64,000 nt of DNA from assembly GCA_963707025.1 (NCBI GenBank), contig CAVPOM010000002.1, positions 71,877-135,876 on the forward strand, given 5' to 3'. The DNA is from an uncultured Verrucomicrobiae bacterium (GTDB taxonomy: Bacteria; Verrucomicrobiota; Verrucomicrobiia; Limisphaerales; Palsa-1400). Positions 60,036-64,000 of the stretch are shown here, one piece after another (position 1 is the first letter of the stretch; each line of letters starts with the position of its first letter). Below the pieces are notes generated by a model. It was not told the DNA's origin and made no database searches. It was given only the letters and a program-made list of their open reading frames with translations. The position numbers were made by a program, and so were the translations under genes.

Positions 60036-60623
60036 ATGTCTGAACATGAGGTTATTTACATTACTGGGCCACCTGCGTCTGGAAAAACTACGCTAATTAA
60101 GCGTCTGGGCGTCGCCTTCCCTCTTGTTCGCATATTCGTTTATAGCGAGCTTCTTTCAGAATATATCACCAAGCGTGATAGATTGCGGTTTTCGCAGAAG
60201 AAATTGCGTGAGGTGTCTGCGGGAAAGATTACACCCGGTGATATTTGGGCGGTTGACCAAGACCTGATAAGCGAAGTGCGGCGCGCGCGGCGATCCCAAC
60301 ACGTCCTCATAGACTCACATCCCGTCACCAAGGAGCACTTTGGTTTCAGGGTTACGCCATTCTCAGTGGCACTCTTAAGAGATCTTGCTCCCAGCAGGAT
60401 ATGTATGCTCTATGCCGATGCTGGTACAGTGATCAAACGAATTCGGAAGCATCCGAAGGGTCGTCCACTAATTTCTACATTTGAAGCAGACTTCCATTGT
60501 TTGACTCAAGCTTCATTAGCCATAATCTACGGCGTGGAATTGGGTGTTCCAATTTTCTTTTACGATAGTTCTAAGGGTGTAGGTAAAGCATTTACCCAAT
60601 TAGGAAGATATATATGTCCATGA
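60036..60623 (+). CDS. P-loop nucleotide kinase (archaeal adenylate kinase-like)
   Basis: ITGPPASGKTT and VLIDSH motifs. Confidence 0.75.
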   Translation: MSEHEVIYITGPPASGKTTLIKRLGVAFPLVRIFVYSELLSEYITKRDRLRFSQKKLREVSAGKITPGDIWAVDQDLISEVRRARRSQHVLIDSHPVTKEHFGFRVTPFSVALLRDLAPSRICMLYADAGTVIKRIRKHPKGRPLISTFEADFHCLTQASLAIIYGVELGVPIFFYDSSKGVGKAFTQLGRYICP

Positions 60624-60644
60624 AAGACTCGGCTAAATGATTTT

Positions 60645-61436
60645 ATGCGATACTACTATATAAGGACGTTTTTGGAGTGGCTCAGTGTATGGAAAGTGGT
60701 GCTCTGCTTCGCAGTTTGGATTCTGATATTTGCGGCGGTTTACTCGGTGGGTTCACAGTCGCCAAGTGAAGCGTTTTTGGTCGCAGACAAGCAGCGCGTG
60801 GCTGATTTCCCTGAGGCTTTATACTTTAGCATTGTCACCGCCAGTACCTTGGGCTATGGGGACATAACGCCTACTGGCTGGCTTCGCGGGGCTGCATCAG
60901 TGGAGGTTTTAGGGGGCCTGATTTTTGTTGGGTTGGCCGTTAGTGCCATAGCTTCCATTCCGATGAAGCTAACCCGTATGGCCATGAAGCAATGTTCCGG
61001 GCGTTGGATTGAACGTATTGAGTTCAGGGGTAATCGGAACCGAGTGTTTTATACGGATACACGAATTACTACAAATGGCACTTCGCTGGATATATTCGGG
61101 GAGAATTTTGACGCTGGCCAAGCGAATGATAAAACAGTGTACAAAGGCACACTTATCGCGAATCAATTTCCGACACTCATCTTCTCCTACGCTTCAGATG
61201 TTCCGTCGGAAGATTACTCATCTGGGATTTCAAGAGTCACCATGGTCCAAAGCGCATCTGGGCACTTTAATGAATATCACGGCGACTGTTACGACGCAAA
61301 GCACGGGAACCGTGATCAGATGCGTGCTTACCGAGTGACGGACCCTGAAACCCTGCGGAAGCTAGATGATCCGAAGGCGCGGCGCGAGGAAATGAGACGA
61401 CTTGTAAAGGAATTGTTTCAGGAGGAAATGCCATAG
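60645..61436 (+). CDS. 2-TM potassium-channel domain fused to a beta-rich C-terminal domain
   Basis: ALYFSIVTASTLGYGDITP selectivity filter. Confidence 0.85.
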   Translation: MRYYYIRTFLEWLSVWKVVLCFAVWILIFAAVYSVGSQSPSEAFLVADKQRVADFPEALYFSIVTASTLGYGDITPTGWLRGAASVEVLGGLIFVGLAVSAIASIPMKLTRMAMKQCSGRWIERIEFRGNRNRVFYTDTRITTNGTSLDIFGENFDAGQANDKTVYKGTLIANQFPTLIFSYASDVPSEDYSSGISRVTMVQSASGHFNEYHGDCYDAKHGNRDQMRAYRVTDPETLRKLDDPKARREEMRRLVKELFQEEMP

Positions 61437-61450
61437 AGCATGCGACGTTT

Positions 61451-62212
61451 ATGAGTGCGCAGGATATTACTAACTTGCAAAAGTACCACGCTAATTCGTT
61501 GGGAGCCGGGGTTGCATCGAAGGTGCCAGCGGGTTCCATTGCTGGAATGTCGGCGGATGGCGACGTCCACCTGTGTGACGCATCAGACTTTTACAATTTG
61601 ATCGCCTCTGTTTACGATGGGCGAAACACGACCGCGCTGCTTGACACGCATCGGGAAGTGGGCATGGAAGTTGATATTGCCGCTGTCGGTAACGAAACTA
61701 CGGCTGTCCTAGACTTAGGTGGCGGCACTGGCCGCTTAGTTGCAGGTCTGTTTTTTGGTCGTCGCGATATTTCATGGTGTTGTGTTGATAAGTCTGCTGC
61801 GATGATGGAACAATTTAGGACGTATTTGAAGGGCTTTGGATTTACGGTAGAATTTATTGAGGCAGATATTCACGATTTAGCCGTTCTTGAAGGACGTGTA
61901 TTTGATGTTGTGCTCCTGTCTTTTGTCTTAACGTCGCTTCAAAATCGCTTTGACTTTGCCGTGGTTGCACGGATGCTCCGCTCGGGCGGTTGCTGTATTG
62001 TTGCCGATATAGATCCGACTTACACTGCTACGTTCCCTACATACTCGGCTACGCTTTTGGATGGACGGAAGGTTGGTCTTCGGATGTCTCCTGTTTATCC
62101 AGGTGACGTTATACGGGAGTTGAGAACTCGCGGGTTCAGGTCAATAGAATCCCGGAACATCGCAAGGCCAGACGGAACAAAATACTCTTACGTTGTGGTT
62201 GCCAGGCTGTAA
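61451..62212 (+). CDS. Class I SAM-dependent methyltransferase
   Basis: VLDLGGGTG, VDKS and FDVV motifs. Confidence 0.85.
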   Translation: MSAQDITNLQKYHANSLGAGVASKVPAGSIAGMSADGDVHLCDASDFYNLIASVYDGRNTTALLDTHREVGMEVDIAAVGNETTAVLDLGGGTGRLVAGLFFGRRDISWCCVDKSAAMMEQFRTYLKGFGFTVEFIEADIHDLAVLEGRVFDVVLLSFVLTSLQNRFDFAVVARMLRSGGCCIVADIDPTYTATFPTYSATLLDGRKVGLRMSPVYPGDVIRELRTRGFRSIESRNIARPDGTKYSYVVVARL

Positions 62213-62222
62213 ATGCCTGGGT

Positions 62223-62794
62223 TTAGGGAGGCCCATTCAGAATCCGCTTCATAGCTCTCAGCACTTGGGATTGGACAGTTGACAGGTTCTTGGAGGCATC
62301 AATGAAGGCCGTTGCGGGGGCGACTGTTGCGAGCAATACTCCGGCTTCGATTTCCGTCATGAATGAGGCAATTCTTGATTCGATTGTGGCGGCTTTGTCG
62401 CCGCGGTGTAGCATGCGTTCCCTGCACAAGGTCTGTGGTACGTAGAGGAAAAGGCAGAGTCTTGGATAGTACCCAAGTGCGATGGTTTCAATTACCGACG
62501 AACTTGTCAAATCTGCAATCCAAATGTTACCGTCGTTGGCCGCCGTAAAGAGGTCTGCTCTCTTTGTCCCATATTTCGAGTTGGAGAAGTCGTCGTCCAA
62601 GGCGAAATCTCCGCGCGTGGCTATATTTGCGTATTCTGCTTGGGTAATAAAGTGGTAATAGGAAGAGGCAATATCTTCCTTTCTTCGTGTCGTGTTGTGT
62701 AGCTCGGCAGTTCTAATGCGCTGTGCGAGTCCTTGAGAAACCGGGAAAGCGTTGATTTGCCCGCACCAGAAGGGCCTGATAATGTCATTAACAT
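62223..62794 (-). CDS. Guanylate kinase-like protein, frameshifted near 62650
   Basis: LSGPSGAGKST and SYTTR in one frame; YGT and RMLHRGD...IESRI in the other. Confidence 0.7.
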
Positions 62795-62859
62795 AGCATT
62801 TGCGAGTTTAATGGGGATATTCGTATTCACGGATATAGCTATGGATTGGTTCTGCTGCG

Positions 62860-64000
62860 GATTGTGGTAAGCTCGGCGCAGAGTTTTTGGGGGTCGCGGC
62901 AGACGAGGAAATCCCATTTTCCGAGACGGCCTCAATGGTTCACGGCGGAAATCCAGCGGTGTGCTCCCTGGTGTTTGGGTGTATCCTCGTGGGGCTGGCC
63001 TTTGATTTCCAGAATGAGGATGACGCCGTTTGCCAGTTTGACCAGGAAATCGGGTCGAAATGCGCGGATTGCCGTAAAGCTCATACGGGATGTTGAATTC
63101 GAGGCGGTCGTTTCGGGCGTAACAGGTCACGATTCCCGCCTTGGCGAGTCTTTCCAACTGGAATACGGCGGCTTGCTCCCACCAATTGTGTCGCACGCAA
63201 CGAGGTTTAGGTGGCTGGCCTCTGTGATCTGACCGGCTTGACCGTTTTGAAGTGGACGCTTTCGGTGCTGCCGATGGGCTTATACCGGTTGAGCCTGGGC
63301 AAAAGCGGCGGCTCCCCTTTCGCATCGTTCGGATGATGGCCGCAACCAAAAGGGACAGGATGCGCTTGGCGTAGGTTTGCAGCCCGATTTCGCACGGGTG
63401 GCAGCCGCAAAACTCCACGCGGGTTGCGATGTATTCCTGCACGATCTTGAGCGCTTGCGGGAAAGTGTGACCGGCTCTGGCGTTTCAAGCTCTCCTTGCC
63501 GGCGTGGGCTGTTTCCGTGAGTTCCCGCACGACTTCCCGGTGATTTCAAACGCGATTGTCTGCGGGCGAATCGCGGCGTAGTTCTCATGCCGGTTCACTT
63601 CGGTAAATCCAAAGCCGCCGTGCGCGCTGGGTGCCTATTTGATAGGCAACTTGCGGGCGTATGAACGTGGCGGTCGGTATGCTCCACGGGTCAAACCCGG
63701 TTCGCTCCACCTGGCTGACATCGCATTTGATCAGGTCCCGCTTCAAATCCACGACGTAGCCTTCAACGATTGGGGGATTTCAAATTGCTTCCGGCCTGGC
63801 AAGAGGATGTTTCGGGTGGTCTTCGGGCGGCGAAGGGCCTCCCGGCTCTTGAAAATGGCACGCCGAAAATGTCCACGATTTGGGCCGTGAGCAACCAGCC
63901 TCCGGGTTCTCGGTGTAATCCATCCCCATCAACCCCCGGCCCACAACCTGCTCGCAGAGAAGCTGGCTGTGAAAGGCGCGCAAACCGAGAATATGCGTGA
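62860..64000 (-). pseudogene. Type III restriction-like Res subunit, C-terminal part, multiply frameshifted
   Basis: HILGLRAFHSQLLCEQVVGRGL, WEQAAVFQLE, YARNDRLEFNIPY, LILEIKG and RWISAVNH fragments in different frames. Confidence 0.75.

Overview
GC-rich bacterial chromosome window. Gene content suggests Verrucomicrobiota, which is an inference. The first ~25 kb is mostly housekeeping (topB 3' end, leuD, glnS, dgt, ispH, a glycolipid synthase, a CDF transporter). It also holds a 5.3-kb IS1-family cargo transposon, with a nested IS3, that splits a small membrane-protein gene. A ~6.5-kb element with a tyrosine integrase and an HUH-type Rep is integrated at tRNA-Pro(TGG); its integrase ORF runs through the att core. 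The most notable feature is a minus-strand array of 26 atypical tRNA genes at 34192-40857. All have G in place of U55 in the T-loop. They include an 8/4 tRNA-Ser, a D-armless tRNA-Tyr and a long-arm tRNA(UAU), and an HNH gene follows the array. An 18-bp boxA-like inverted repeat brackets the array. Upstream lie a sigma70-like promoter, an unannotated 56-codon leader ORF and a terminator/antiterminator pair overlapping the end of that ORF. The leader uses all 20 amino acids and 44 different codons, so it looks like a 'pan-codon' attenuator that would switch on a backup tRNA set when any tRNA fails. The right third holds a frameshifted MBG-repeat surface protein, a mosaic of truncated genes, ICE-like genes next to a tRNA-Gly att remnant, and an AT-rich candidate defence cluster. 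Scattered single frameshifts suggest some sequencing or assembly error. All calls were made by eye, without database searches.
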